A stretch of DNA of 64,000 nucleotides from Haliotis rubra. Taxonomy: Eukaryota. The stretch is taken from the NCBI RefSeq assembly GCF_003918875.1, contig NW_025766470.1, forward strand, positions 124,001 to 188,000. The letters run 5' to 3'. Positions 52,601 through 64,000 of this stretch are shown here, piece after piece. A program made the position numbers and the translations under genes. Within the stretch, counting starts at the first letter, position 1. Every line of letters begins with the position of its first letter. Below the pieces are notes generated by a model that saw only the letters and a program-made list of their open reading frames with translations, searched no databases and was not told where the DNA came from.

Positions 52601-55600
52601 TCTGAAAACGTCACGCGATCCACCAAGATTTCATCACAGGCATCTGGCTATAATGTGACGTTTTAACGGGTTTACAACACGTGGTCGATGAGCATGCAAA
52701 TAAGCTGCTTGCTAATAGCGATTTCTAATTGTCTGTGGCCTGGCGCAAATGAACAGTGTTTCGATTGGCTGTTTGGGCTTGATTTTTGGATACACTACAG
52801 AATACCGGATACCTTCCGCCAGCTTTGAAAACTTTAGAACTGCGCAAACGATGTGCGCAACTCGACTCAAGTTTTTAGTACTTCGGTATTTTAGTGTAGT
52901 TACATTTTTAGCCCTTTGATATCCGTTACTATCTTCTTTTGGGTTCGTTTATGGAGACTGACAAAATTAAATATCAATAGAAATCAGAGCTCCTTGCGCA
53001 TGATATTTCCTCCATTCAAATGGACAGCGTTGAGCAAAAGGGGTATTTTCTAATCAGTCTAAGTAAACTTAGGCTCAGTATTATTCGTCACACTGCTATA
53101 CTTTCGCCAACTTTTCGCCCACTTTCGCCAACTTGCGCATGATATTTCTTCCATTCAAATGGACAGCGTTGAGCAAAAGGGGTATTTTCTAATCAGTCTA
53201 AGTAAACTTAAGCTCAGTATTATTCGTCACACTGCTATACTTTCGCCAACTTTTCGCCCACTTTCGCCAACTTGCGCATGATATTTCTTCCATTCAAATG
53301 GACAGCGTTGAGCAAAAGGGGTATTTTCTAATCAGTCTAAGTAAACTTAGACTCAGTATTATTCGTCATACTGATATACTTTCGCAAACTTTCTCGATTT
53401 GGTAAGCTGTTCTGATTGGTCAATTGAAAAGGTTACCTGACGCGACCTTCCACAAGGTTTTGTTAGACTCAGTATAGCAGTGTAACGAATAATACTGAGT
53501 CTAATTTTTGTTAGACTGATTTTCTAATATTTGAGGATCAGATATTGTTTATAAGAAAAAGAACACTCATTTACATTTTCACGCACCATACAAAGTGTTT
53601 TTACGATTGTCAGTTATCTATGTTGGTTTCTAGGAGACGGTGAGGTTTCCCGGGCCGAGTTCGACTTCCACTGGGGGGTGACGGAGCCAACTCTCAACAT
53701 CATCGGAAACGGCCTGTTCCTGGAGTACGACGACGACCAGAGCGGTGTAGTGACGTCTTCCGACCTGGACGCCCTCTACAACAGGATGGACCATGACGGT
53801 AGCACAAAATACCATGTTTTTTTAAATGCCATTATTACGTTCTTTAACGCCCAATACATTCTGTTACAAATGACACATGTTTTATTCAAATTGTCAACAT
53901 AGAAATACACCTGGCACTAAATGTCAATGACTTGCACGCGCAAGTCGCTCTATCCATGGAAAGTGGAGGACAATACACATACATTTATGCTTTTTCACTG
54001 TTATTCACTGCTCAGGCACCTGTTTGAAATCGTAGCTTACAACGGGTACAATGTGTGTTGCCTATTTCTGGTGTCCCCCGCCGTGATATTACTGTAATAT
54101 TGCTAAAAGCGTCGTAAAACTAAACTCACTCACTCACTCCAAGATAGACAGTGAAATGTCCTAGACCGTTGTACCTCTGTGATCTACAAATGCCTAATTT
54201 TTTACTGCAAAATTATCTCAGATTATATACTTGATAATGATCTTACTTAGCAGATCTTTGAGCATTTAAATAGGAAGGTACTACGCCCTGGCTAGTTTCG
54301 ACTATCTCCTCAACCCAGAATTCCAGTAATTGCGACAGCAGTTGAATTAGCGATTTTTCATGATATTTCTGCGATTTTAGTTTCCTGATAATGATTTTCC
54401 TTAATACATCATGTGTTTTACAGATGACGGAACTGTCAGCAAACATGAGTTCAAGTCTTACTACAAACAGGTAGGTAGCATGAGGGAAGACCACCACAAG
54501 GTACATGTGTATGTATTTCATCGGCGGAATAAGGGTTTCTTATGCGTCATAGCTGGATAGTTGTCAGGAACGCTGAGTCATCGTTATATTGAAACAATAA
54601 TTAGGCTCTGCTTTTAGAACAGATACTTTCTTCAAAAATGGAAAGAGTTTTATCACTTTTATAAAATTTCTTTGAACTTGCAATCCTTTGAACGCCTTTG
54701 CATTTAAGCAGAGACCATATAATATAGCTATCATATGGTCTCTGATTTAAGTTTAGACCCCAAATCAAGTGTCAATCGTTCACACTTTGAATGAAGTGAA
54801 GTGCGATGCCACACTTTGTGAACATGCAGATTTCCTTCAATTTTCCTCCGTGTCAGAAATGTGGTTGTTTCCCGTTATCAAAATTAAATTTAAATTTGCT
54901 AAGAAAAGTGTAAGGATCGTGACGCTACCCTTCCGTTTCCGTAATTAGGGAAAACATCGTAAACTAGGTTTCAACTGTTTTCAACTATTACTTCATAAAC
55001 AAAATGTGACCTTTCTGAAACCGAAAGTGTATATCGTATTTTGTTACTGTTTACTAGGGCTGCGCAATATGACCGGTTTACCGGTATTTACCAGTTCAGA
55101 CATAAAAACGATACGTATTGCGATACGCTGATCGAAAACCAGTATTTTGACTTGCATTCGGAAAACTTCGTAACACTCGGAAATCTTCGGATATGTCCTT
55201 GTTTCATTTGTGCCAAATATTATTCATATTTCTATTTTATCATGATTTAAAGTTGTTATTAAAGCTTAATCAAGCATAGTGATTTTGTTGTGTTTTTGCT
55301 CTATAAATCAAGAAGTAACTCGATTATAAGTAGTTTTTTGTGTAAAAATACTTCATGCAATATATTGCAATACATATCGCAATACATGCTTTCGCATCGC
55401 AATATATCGCAATATGAAAATTCTCTGCAATACCCACCCCTACTGTTTACTTATGCCAGTCTCTCTTGTATAGGGTGAGGTAGCCTAGTGGTTAAAGCGT
55501 TCGCTCGTCACGCCGAAGACCTGGGTTCGATTTCCCACATGGGTACAATGTGTGAAGCCCATTTCTGGTGTACCCCGCCGTGATATTGCTGTAATATTGC

Positions 55601-55801
55601 TAAAAGCGGCGTAAAGCCAAACTAAACTCGCTAACGCTTCGTCTCCAGTTCGGCTTGTCCCGGAATAACACAAGTTGGTCCTGAATGCTTGCCATCCGAC
55701 TCTAAACACGTTCCATCTTTCAGCTCCTCACAGTGTTGTTCATCCTGCAGACTCAGCACATTGAGAATCAGGTCACCACCACCGCAGCACCATCAACATA
55801 A
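49651..55801 (+). CDS. Gene D: complete secreted 4-EF-hand Ca-binding protein. Exons 49651-49694, 52290-52435, 53634-53798, 54424-54470, 55724-55801
   Basis: Translation: MFQYALLLLLPCVLGAPATDPVSAWEHHVHQETERLWESFDFNNNGKFDRSDVQTFIHDYDTNGDGEVSRAEFDFHWGVTEPTLNIIGNGLFLEYDDDQSGVVTSSDLDALYNRMDHDDDGTVSKHEFKSYYKQLLTVLFILQTQHIENQVTTTAAPST*. AATAAA follows the stop at about 55813. It resembles molluscan secreted shell-matrix-type (IMSP5-like) EF-hand proteins; this is from recall, not a search. Confidence 0.9.
51735..52104. mobile_element. MITE-like element
   Basis: Terminal IR tagggatg / catcccta with atcgat-rich subtermini. Confidence 0.55.
52995..53522. repeat. 120-bp tandem repeat (~3.3 units) with an inverted arm, in gene D intron 2
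   Basis: gcgcatgatatttc...tttcgccaactt recurs with a period of about 120-140; 53462-53522 is an inverted copy of the aatcagtctaa...attcgtcacactgctatac part. Confidence 0.8.
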
Positions 55802-57497
55802 TGATAAACAATAATAAAAACATAAACCAGTGACCAGTGTTGTTTTGTAATATCACGGGGATGCGTGCTTTCGGACAGATGCATGTTGTGCTCACACCGT
55901 GAAATACGCGTTGTATGTGAAGCATGCGTTGATTTGTTTATGTATTTGTAACTTAACGCCGCACTCAGTAATATTCTAGCTATACGACGGCAGTCTATAA
56001 ATAAACAAATCTGGACAAGACAATCCAGTGATCATCATAATGAGCACTGACCTACGCAATTGGGACACGATGACATGTGTCAACCAAGTCAGCGAGCCTG
56101 ACCACCCGATCCTGTTAGTCGCCTCTTGAGACAAGCATGGGTTACTGAAGACCAGTACTAATCCGGATCCTCACGAGTGAGCATATGTCAGGCAATTGGG
56201 TTAACGGGGCTTTTCCGGGTTCGTTTCCCACGTGAGTACAATATGTGAAGCTCATTTTCTGGTGTCCCCTGCCACGCTATTGCCGGATTATGAAAGCGGC
56301 ATAAAATCTTACTCACTCACAGATCTGGGCTCCGTTCCACTAAGCGATCGTAGCGCTACGATGATCGTAACTCCCATTCTTTAACATAGACGTACGACGA
56401 CGTAGCGCTACGATCGCTTTGAGGAATGGGTCCTGAATGGTAAGTTTGTTTGTGTGCGACGTCCTCTCAGGCTGTACGGGGCGGTGGGGTGGCCTTGTTA
56501 TTAAAGCGTTCGCTCGTCACGCTGAAGACCTGGGTTCGATTCCCCACATGGGTACAATGTGTGAAGCCCATTTCTGGTGTCCCCGCGTCGTGATATTGCT
56601 GGGATATTGCTAAAGCGGCGTAAAGCCAAACTAAACTCGCTAACGCTTCGTCTCCAGTTCGGCTTGTCCCGGAATAACACAAGTTGGTCCTGAATGCTTG
56701 CCATCCGACTCTAACACACGTTCCATCTTTCAGCTCCTCACAGTGTTGTTCATCCTGCAGACTCAGCACATTGAGAATCAGGTCACCACCACCGCAGCAC
56801 CATCAACATAATGATAAACAATAATAAAAACATAAACCAGTGACCAGTGTTGTTTTGTAATATCACGGGGATGCGTGCTTTCGGACAGATGCATGTTGTG
56901 CTCACACCGTGAAATACGCGTTGTATGTGAAGCATGCGTTGATTTGTTGATTTATTTTTTACTTAACGCCGCACTCAGTAATATTCTAGCTATACGACGG
57001 CAGTCCATAAATAAACAAATCTGGACAAGACAATCCAGTGATCATCATAATGAGTACTGACCTACGCAATTGGGACATGATGACATGTGTCAACCAAGTC
57101 AGCAAGCCTGACCATCCGATCCTGTTAGTCGCCCTTGAGACAAGCATGGGTTACTGAAGACCAGGACTAATCCGGATCCTCACGGGTGAGCATATGTCAG
57201 GCAGTTGGTTTAACGGGGCTTTCCGAGTTCATTCCCACATGAGTACAACATGTGAAGCTCATTTTCTGGTGTCCCCTGCCACGCTATTGCCGGATTATGA
57301 AAGCGGCATAAAATCTTACTCACTCACAGATCTGGGCTCCGTTCCCCAAAGCGATCATAGCACTAAGATGATCGTAACTCCCATACTTTAACATAGACGT
57401 ACGACTGACGAGCGCTACGATCGCTTTGAGGAACGGGGTCCTGAAGGGTAAATTCATAAGTTTGTGTGCACCCACGACGTCGGATCTCAGGCTGTAC
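55476..57497 (+). repeat. ~1.01-kb direct tandem duplication bounded by SINE copies
   Basis: 55476-56477 and 56478-57497 are colinear and near-identical; a third SINE starts at 57498. Confidence 0.92.
56734..56811 (+). other. Duplicate of gene D terminal coding exon
   Basis: Identical acceptor (catctttcag), LLTVLFILQTQHIENQVTTTAAPST* and AATAAA, 1010 bp downstream of the first copy. Confidence 0.9.
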
Positions 57498-57894
57498 GGG
57501 GCGGTGGGGTCGCCTTGTTATTAAAGCGTTCGCTCGTCACGCTGAAGACCTGGGTTCGATTCCCCACATGGGTACAATATGTGAACCCTATTTCTGGTGT
57601 CCCCCGCGTCGTGATATTGCTGGGATATTGCTAAAAGCAGCGGAAAACTAAGTTCACTCACACACTCCTGCTGTACAAACTCATTCAGTTCTTAAAACCA
57701 CGCAGACAGTGCTGGTGACACAAATAATTTATACTGTACAGATACGATTTGTCTGGAAAGTAGGGATTTCGAGAAAACGGTATTCAGGCCAAGGGGTTAT
57801 CGCTCAAAAGTTAATGCTACAATAGTTCGTAGTATGTCTCCTTCAGATTTTCTTTTCCATTCCAGAGTTAATCGTTATCTCAACTGTTTTTAAA

Positions 57895-57984
57895 TATTTC
57901 CCCAATCCCATGTCACGTGGCGAAGCATACCAGCTTTCCTTCTCCCGCCATATGTTCATTTCGTAACTCTCACCATTAAGACAG
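57895..57984 (+). other. Putative non-coding first exon of gene E
   Basis: Ends aactctcaccattaagacag|gtaaga and is paralogous to 48530-48619. Confidence 0.6.
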
Positions 57985-58529
57985 GTAAGACTCGTGATAG
58001 GGGCTAAAATATTTTCATAATTTTTTTAAGTACTTATGTACCTTCTTATATCGAAACAGAACTTCGTGAGATTTTAAAAACTATCTAAGTTTGCTACTCT
58101 TTCTACTATTCACTAATGGTCAGTTTCATAAACATCGAGAAGTATGTTTCATAAACGAGAAGTACTTCTGTGGGAATAGCGTTTGTTTGTCACCCCGAAC
58201 GTCCGGGTTCGATTCCTTACATGGTTACGATATTTAAAGCCAATTTCTGGTGTCAACGGCTGGGATATTGCAAGCATATTGCTAACTGTCAAGTAAAACT
58301 ATATTCATTTGCCTATATCGCTAATGGAAAAAGCAAAACGACATATCGCACGCGATCTAACATAACGTTATATGTGGCATAATGTTTTTGGCCGATTACA
58401 GAATAATCTCATGAGAAATATCCATTATCTCCCCTTGTCAATTATGACAAGGAAATAACTGACAGAAAACCCGTATTTCCGAGTTGCGCATATTCATAGT
58501 GTTACGGTTAATAAATGGCCATTAGTTCG

Positions 58530-59030
58530 GCCGGTTTCCTTTTCCCTAGCAAATTCTACAAAAGTCTCATTGTCCCTTTATAAGCATTTCTGAATTTCTG
58601 ATGATAAGCTTCAGGCACTAACTCAAAAGCTTTTAAAAGTGTCCTTTGACAAGATCATAGCCTGAGTTTTCCTGTATCGACAAGGCCGAGTAAGCATCCC
58701 TGAGCTTTACCCTTCAAAACAGTTTGCTGAGCCACCTAGGCCACTTGAGGTGTTCAGCAACTTTTCAAAATGTAGAAAGTATTTGTCTACTTCTTTCTCA
58801 TTAAAAGGAGGTACCAGTCTTGCATGCCTTTCAATTTCTCTGTCAATTTCCAGTTTTCTTAAATTTCTCTTCTTCTCTCTCTTTTCTCTTATTGCTATGT
58901 CTTTCTCATTTCAAACTTTCTTAATTCCATTTCTTGCCTTTTTAATTCTTCCTGTTTTCTATTTTTTCTTTTTTTGAATTTGTAACTGAATTTCAAGTTT
59001 TTTCATTTCCCATTGGTCAAACATTCTTCT
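58530..59030 (-). mobile_element. Decayed Gypsy (Gmr1-like, SCAN-related) gag fragment
   Basis: Minus-strand pieces RLVPPFNEKEVDKYFLHFEK, GKAQDAYSALS and LKAFELVPEAYHQKFRN with frameshifts. Confidence 0.72.
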
Positions 59031-60352
59031 TTAACCATTTCCAAAACTTCATGTCCAAAACTTCATCAATATAGTGATTCAACACAATTTTCAAAATCTG
59101 AAATTTCCTCATAGCAGGTTTGGCCTCCAATTTGAAATGTGACAGATGTGTGCACTAAATCTGATGTGGTAAGTCTGTGTGTTAGGGTCCCGCCGCACAA
59201 CGCAACAACCAAGTTTAAACAGCATTTTACAGTTTTCAAGAATTCTAGTAAAGGAAGGCAGCATCACTATCCACTAAGAACTTCAAATGGAAATCCGTGG
59301 AAAAATCCCTGACAAGCCCATGATTTAGTCAACACGATAAACAACCAGCCAAGGGAAGAGTCCCTGAACCAGCTGTCTAGAAAACAGACAAGTCTAAAAT
59401 ATTAAAAATATATATTGAATAAACATTGAACATATATGAACCCACACTACAGATATCTTATACATTGCAGTTGAGTCATAAATCTAAATCACTTAATCAA
59501 TGATATTAAAACGTCAAAACCACACTCTTGACATTTACAGTAGAGCAAATATGTGATTGAAGGTGTATCCTGACCTCAAGTTTGTGACGTCAGCAACATC
59601 GTCGTGCATGCACAGATCAACAAAGCAAACATGAACACTTTGCATTTTGTTTGTTGTTAACGCCACACTCAGCATTATTCCAGCTGTCTATATTTAGTCT
59701 ATATTTAGAACCGATGAAAGTCATTTTTTATAAGCGTTATCACATAGTTGCACCGACGATATTTTTTTTTAATTAAGTAGGTACTTTTATAATGTCGGGT
59801 TGGCCAGGTGTGAATGAAAGTGTGCATGTGCAGAGCGCAAAAGACTTTACTAGCGGAATCGAGATACAGGCTCAGTTTCCAAATATATAATACCCAGTTA
59901 TGAAAATGTTGGAAGATATTTACTCGTTTTTGTTTACTGGTGAAGTTTCAACACATCAAAAACCTAAAATTACGTTTCATTATATACACAACATATTCAA
60001 TAACCAGCAGCAACAAATATGTCAGAGTAAAATATATTACTTTCAAACACCGTTGTGTATAAGTTGACGGGACCTACATATGTACTTCGAGCTATCCGGG
60101 GTGACACAACCGCAAACTAATTACTGAGTAAGTAATGCGCAAGGACCAAGTTTTAACTTCGAGAAAACGCAAGTTCCATACATAAAGTTCGTCAAAACGG
60201 AATGTGACTGATTTCAAACAACAGAAACAAGCATGAGGTGAAATATGGATGAGACCAATATGAGGTCGAACCTACACTACAGTATGTACGGTAATCCCTA
60301 GATGAGACTGGGTTAAGACTTAAAGACTAGCTGTGTGTTCTGTGTTCCAGCG

Positions 60353-63232
60353 ATGTTCCAGTACGCCCTGTTCCTCCTCCTGCCCTGTGTGCTGGGGTAA
60401 GAACACTTGCCTCGTATAAAACCAATCCGCAGTCGTTTCCAACGAAGATCACTATGTACGGCTTCCCCATTGGACGAGTCAATGTCACGTGACTTATGAA
60501 TCGACATAATTAACCGTATGAAAAACACTGTGTGCAAAATAGGCATTATGTTGGAAAACACACGAAAAATCTCTAAATCATCATCATCATCCCGTCACAG
60601 TAACGACCATGCATTTGACACGCGGTCTGACACTTGATTAAAAATATCCATCAGCTCGTCGAATTTTCAAAAATCTCCAAACGATTCAATTCGGCGTAGC
60701 GGTAATTGTAAGCTTCTCACTGATTGTCTGGTTAAAGAGTTTACTCCTATGATGACTACGCCTATAGATCGATAGGTTATCACATGCATCACTGCCTGTA
60801 TATCAATTTCCTTATTTCCCACCGGAACTTATTGTTTGTTTATTTTTGTAACGCCACATAAACGTGTTCGCATACGGACGGTATCCGTAAATAATCGAGT
60901 TTGACCCGTCAACATGTACATGTACTTGCTTGCTAACGGTGTTAGCAGCTACACCGAAACGTCGCTCATATTGATAATAAAGAAGTTGTATATCCATAGA
61001 ACTCTCCCCGTTGTTCATCATATACAGGTACGCTCTAACATGCTTATCTCCCCTTGTAGTGACACGGATCCGGTGACGGCCTGGGAGGCCCACGTGAACA
61101 AGGAAACAGACAATATGTGGAAGACCTTTGACTCCAACAACAACGGAAAATTCGACAGGAGTGACGTGAAACTATTCATCCATGACTACGACACTGACGG
61201 TAAGTGTAGCGTATCAATGGCGGCAATCGAACGGTTATATCCCCAGATGGGGACATATATGGGGCGGTGGGGTAGCTTAGTGGTTAAGGCGTTCGCTCGT
61301 CACGCTGAAGACCCGGGTTCGATTCCCCACATCGGTACATGTGAAGCCTATTTCCGGTGTCCCCCGCCGTGATATTGCTGGAATATTGCTAAAAGGGGCG
61401 TAAAACTATACTCACTCATTCACTCACCCCCTAGGGGACATGGACAATCATGGTCCAGGCAGGGATAGAATTTGTAACTATATTCTGCGTCGGTGTGATT
61501 ATTTCGCTCAGTACCAACACCATTCAAACGTTTCCTTAAACTATCTGACCAGTGAAGATCCGGGTTAGAATTGATCTTCCGAAACCCATACCTATGGTAA
61601 GAGGCGACTAACGGGGTCGGGTGGTCAGGCTCGGTGACGTGGTGGACACATGTCATCATATCCCAAATGTGTAGAGGGGCGGTGGGGTAGTTTAGTGGTT
61701 AAATCGTTCTCTCGCCACGCCGAAGACCCGGGTTCGATTCCCCACATGAGTACAATGTGTGAAGTCCATTTCTGGTGTCCCCCGCCGTGATGTTGCTGGA
61801 ATATTGCTAAAACCGGCGTAAAACCAAATACACTCACTCAATTGCGTAGATATATGCTCATGCTACTGATCACTGGATTGTCTGCCTCGATTATATACAG
61901 ACCGGCGTAAAAATAAACTAATTCATTCACTCACTCACTTTAACTAGCTGGTCGGTTTTGCCGAATGATGGCAATCGATAGGTTGTCTATTCTCCAGTCA
62001 CACAAGTTGCATGTTATCTGACAGCTATCTCAAGTGTTCAGAAAGAACTACTCTTTATCAATGAATTATGATTAGTCACGCCCGGGGATAAATTAACAAA
62101 TAACATTTTCTATTGCAATTGCTTTTTTTAAATATGAAAAACAAGTGTTTGCCACTGATATGGCAATGTCCCCCGCCGCTAAAGAAAGGAATACCTATAT
62201 TTACTACTTTTAATATTTTGGTCACATACAAGATGCCTGAAATAACTGGTGTCTGCATAATCACCCAATGCAGGCTGTCAACATAACTGAAAACATTGGG
62301 TGCAATGTTTTATGAGATATTGTGCTTAAATAGGTTTGAAAAGCGGTCAAGTTTCATGGTGACTTTGAAGATAAGGCCAAGGTCACCCAATAAACTGGTG
62401 TCTACGTGATCCCCCAATGTAGGCTGTCACCAAATTTGAAGACATTGGGTACAACAGTCCATAAGATGTCGCGTTAACAAGAGTTTGAAAAGTGGTGGAA
62501 GTGTCGTGATGACCTTGAACATGAGGTCAAGGTCACCCAAATAAACTGGTGTCTGCGTAATCCCCCATTGTAGGCTGTCACCAAATTTGAAGACATTGGG
62601 TATAAAAGTCCATGAGATATCACGTTAACAAGAGTTTGAAAAGTGTTCAAAGTGTCGTGGTGACCTTGAAGATAAGGTCAAGGTCACCCAAATCAACTGG
62701 TGTCTGCGTAATCCCCCATTGTAGTCTGTCACCAAATTTGAAGACACTGGGTACTACAGTTCATGAGATATCGCGTTAACAAGAATCGGGACGTACGGAC
62801 GGACGGACGGACAGACGCCGCTGAATACATAGTCCCCCGTTTCGCGTTGCGGCGGGGGACACTAAAGCAAATGCTTCTGACTTTTTTGAAAAAATGCCTG
62901 TTTGTTGTAACCTACCCTTCAATATACAGCAAATCAAGTTCGTCCTAGAATATAGAAAAAAGGCAAATGCTTATTTTCCTTTTTTGAAAAAAAATATTCC
63001 TGTTTGTTTTTAACCCACCCTTCAACATACAAATCACGTGTGTCCACGGTCTGTGTTGGTTTCTAGGAGACGGTGAGGTAACCCGGGCCGAGTTCGACTT
63101 CCACTGGGGGGGTGACGGAGCCAACTCTCAACATCGTCGCAGACGCCCTGTTCCTGGAGTACGACGACGACCAGAGCGGTAATGTGACGTCTTCCGACCT
63201 GGACGCACTCTACAACAGGATGGACCAAAACA
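60353..63232 (+). CDS. Gene E: close paralog of gene D, incomplete in this window. Exons 60353-60396, 61060-61199, 63067-63232; exon 3 has a +1 frameshift in a G run
   Basis: Translation: MFQYALFLLLPCVLGDTDPVTAWEAHVNKETDNMWKTFDSNNNGKFDRSDVKLFIHDYDTDGDGEVTRAEFDFHW... Exon 3 is 166 nt versus 165 in D (G7 versus G6 at about 63106-63112). This is either a pseudogene or a homopolymer error. Confidence 0.8.
62094..62865 (+). mobile_element. Non-autonomous Helentron/pearl-like element with internal ~151-bp tandem repeats
   Basis: Sub-terminal IR tgtcccccgccgc / gcggcgggggaca, about 3.6 repeat units containing ggtcaaggtcaccc, a (GGAC)n tract and a 3' hairpin. Confidence 0.75.
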
Positions 63233-63264
63233 GTAGCTAACAATTCCGTCTTCTACAACACAAT

Positions 63265-63428
63265 GACTGACTGAGTTCAATTTTACGCCGCTTTTAGCAA
63301 TATTCCAGCAATATCACGGCGGGGGACACCAGAAATGGGCTTAACACATTGTGCCCCTGTGGGGAATCGAACCCGGGTCTTCGGCGTGACGAGCCAACGC
63401 TTTAACCACTAAGCTACCCCACCGCCCC
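63265..63428 (-). mobile_element. Short tRNA-derived SINE copy
   Basis: Full length; TSD tacaacacaNtga. Confidence 0.9.
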
Positions 63429-64000
63429 TACAACACAGTGATATCCAGGGTCATTACAGCTGGTCTATAAGTATAGACTCGTGTCTCGCATCAGGGCAGA
63501 GAAGCGTCTTTTCGACACGCCAGAAACCTAAGATCGTGACTAATTGAATAGATGGATATGAAATTGATGATAACCCGTGAATATCCGGGTTAGAATTGAT
63601 CTACAGCAACCCATGCTTGTCGCAAGAGGAGACTAACGGGATGAGGTGGTCAGCCTCGCAGACTTGGTTGACACATGTCGTCATATCCCATTTGGGTAGA
63701 ACAATGCTCATGCTGTTGATCACTCGATTGTCTGGTAGAGACTCGATATTAACAGACTGCCGCCATACAGCTGGAATATTGAATGCGGCGTTCAAGGCCA
63801 ATATTCTAACCTGGACCTTCACGGGTTTGAGCCTAACAGTAAGACCGAACTAGATTGTACACTGCTGATACCTCACCGATCGAGGGGCGGTGGGGTAGCC
63901 TAGTGGTTAAAGCATTCGCTCATCACACTGAAGGCCCGGTTCGATTCCCCGCATGGGTAAAATTTGTGAAGCCCATTTCTGGTGTCCCCCGCCATGATAT

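Overview
Repeat-rich eukaryotic DNA, most likely a mollusc. A gastropod such as abalone is my inference from the SINE and MITE repertoire and the gene family; it is not verified. Reconstructing exons by hand reveals a tandem cluster of five intron-containing genes for small secreted proteins, each with a signal peptide and four EF-hand loops. Genes A and B are on the minus strand and C, D and E on the plus strand. A paralogous 5' segment at the left edge suggests a sixth copy outside the window. All share intron phases 2/1/1/0 and, where present, a 47-nt fourth coding exon. The most unusual feature is an ~23-copy 84-bp tandem repeat that begins at a canonical splice acceptor in phase with gene A exon 4. 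It would add a 28-aa His/Cys repeat tail to the EF-hand protein. An 80-bp non-coding relative of this repeat lies 3' of gene B. A 39-bp minisatellite in gene B intron 1 reads as a Cys-rich repeat in frame with exon 2. The rest of the window is a decayed L1/Tx1-type LINE, six Tc1/mariner relics, Kolobok-, Mutator- and Helentron-type non-autonomous elements, a Gypsy gag relic, many tRNA-derived SINEs and two N gaps. Coordinates were read by eye, and repeat boundaries are approximate.
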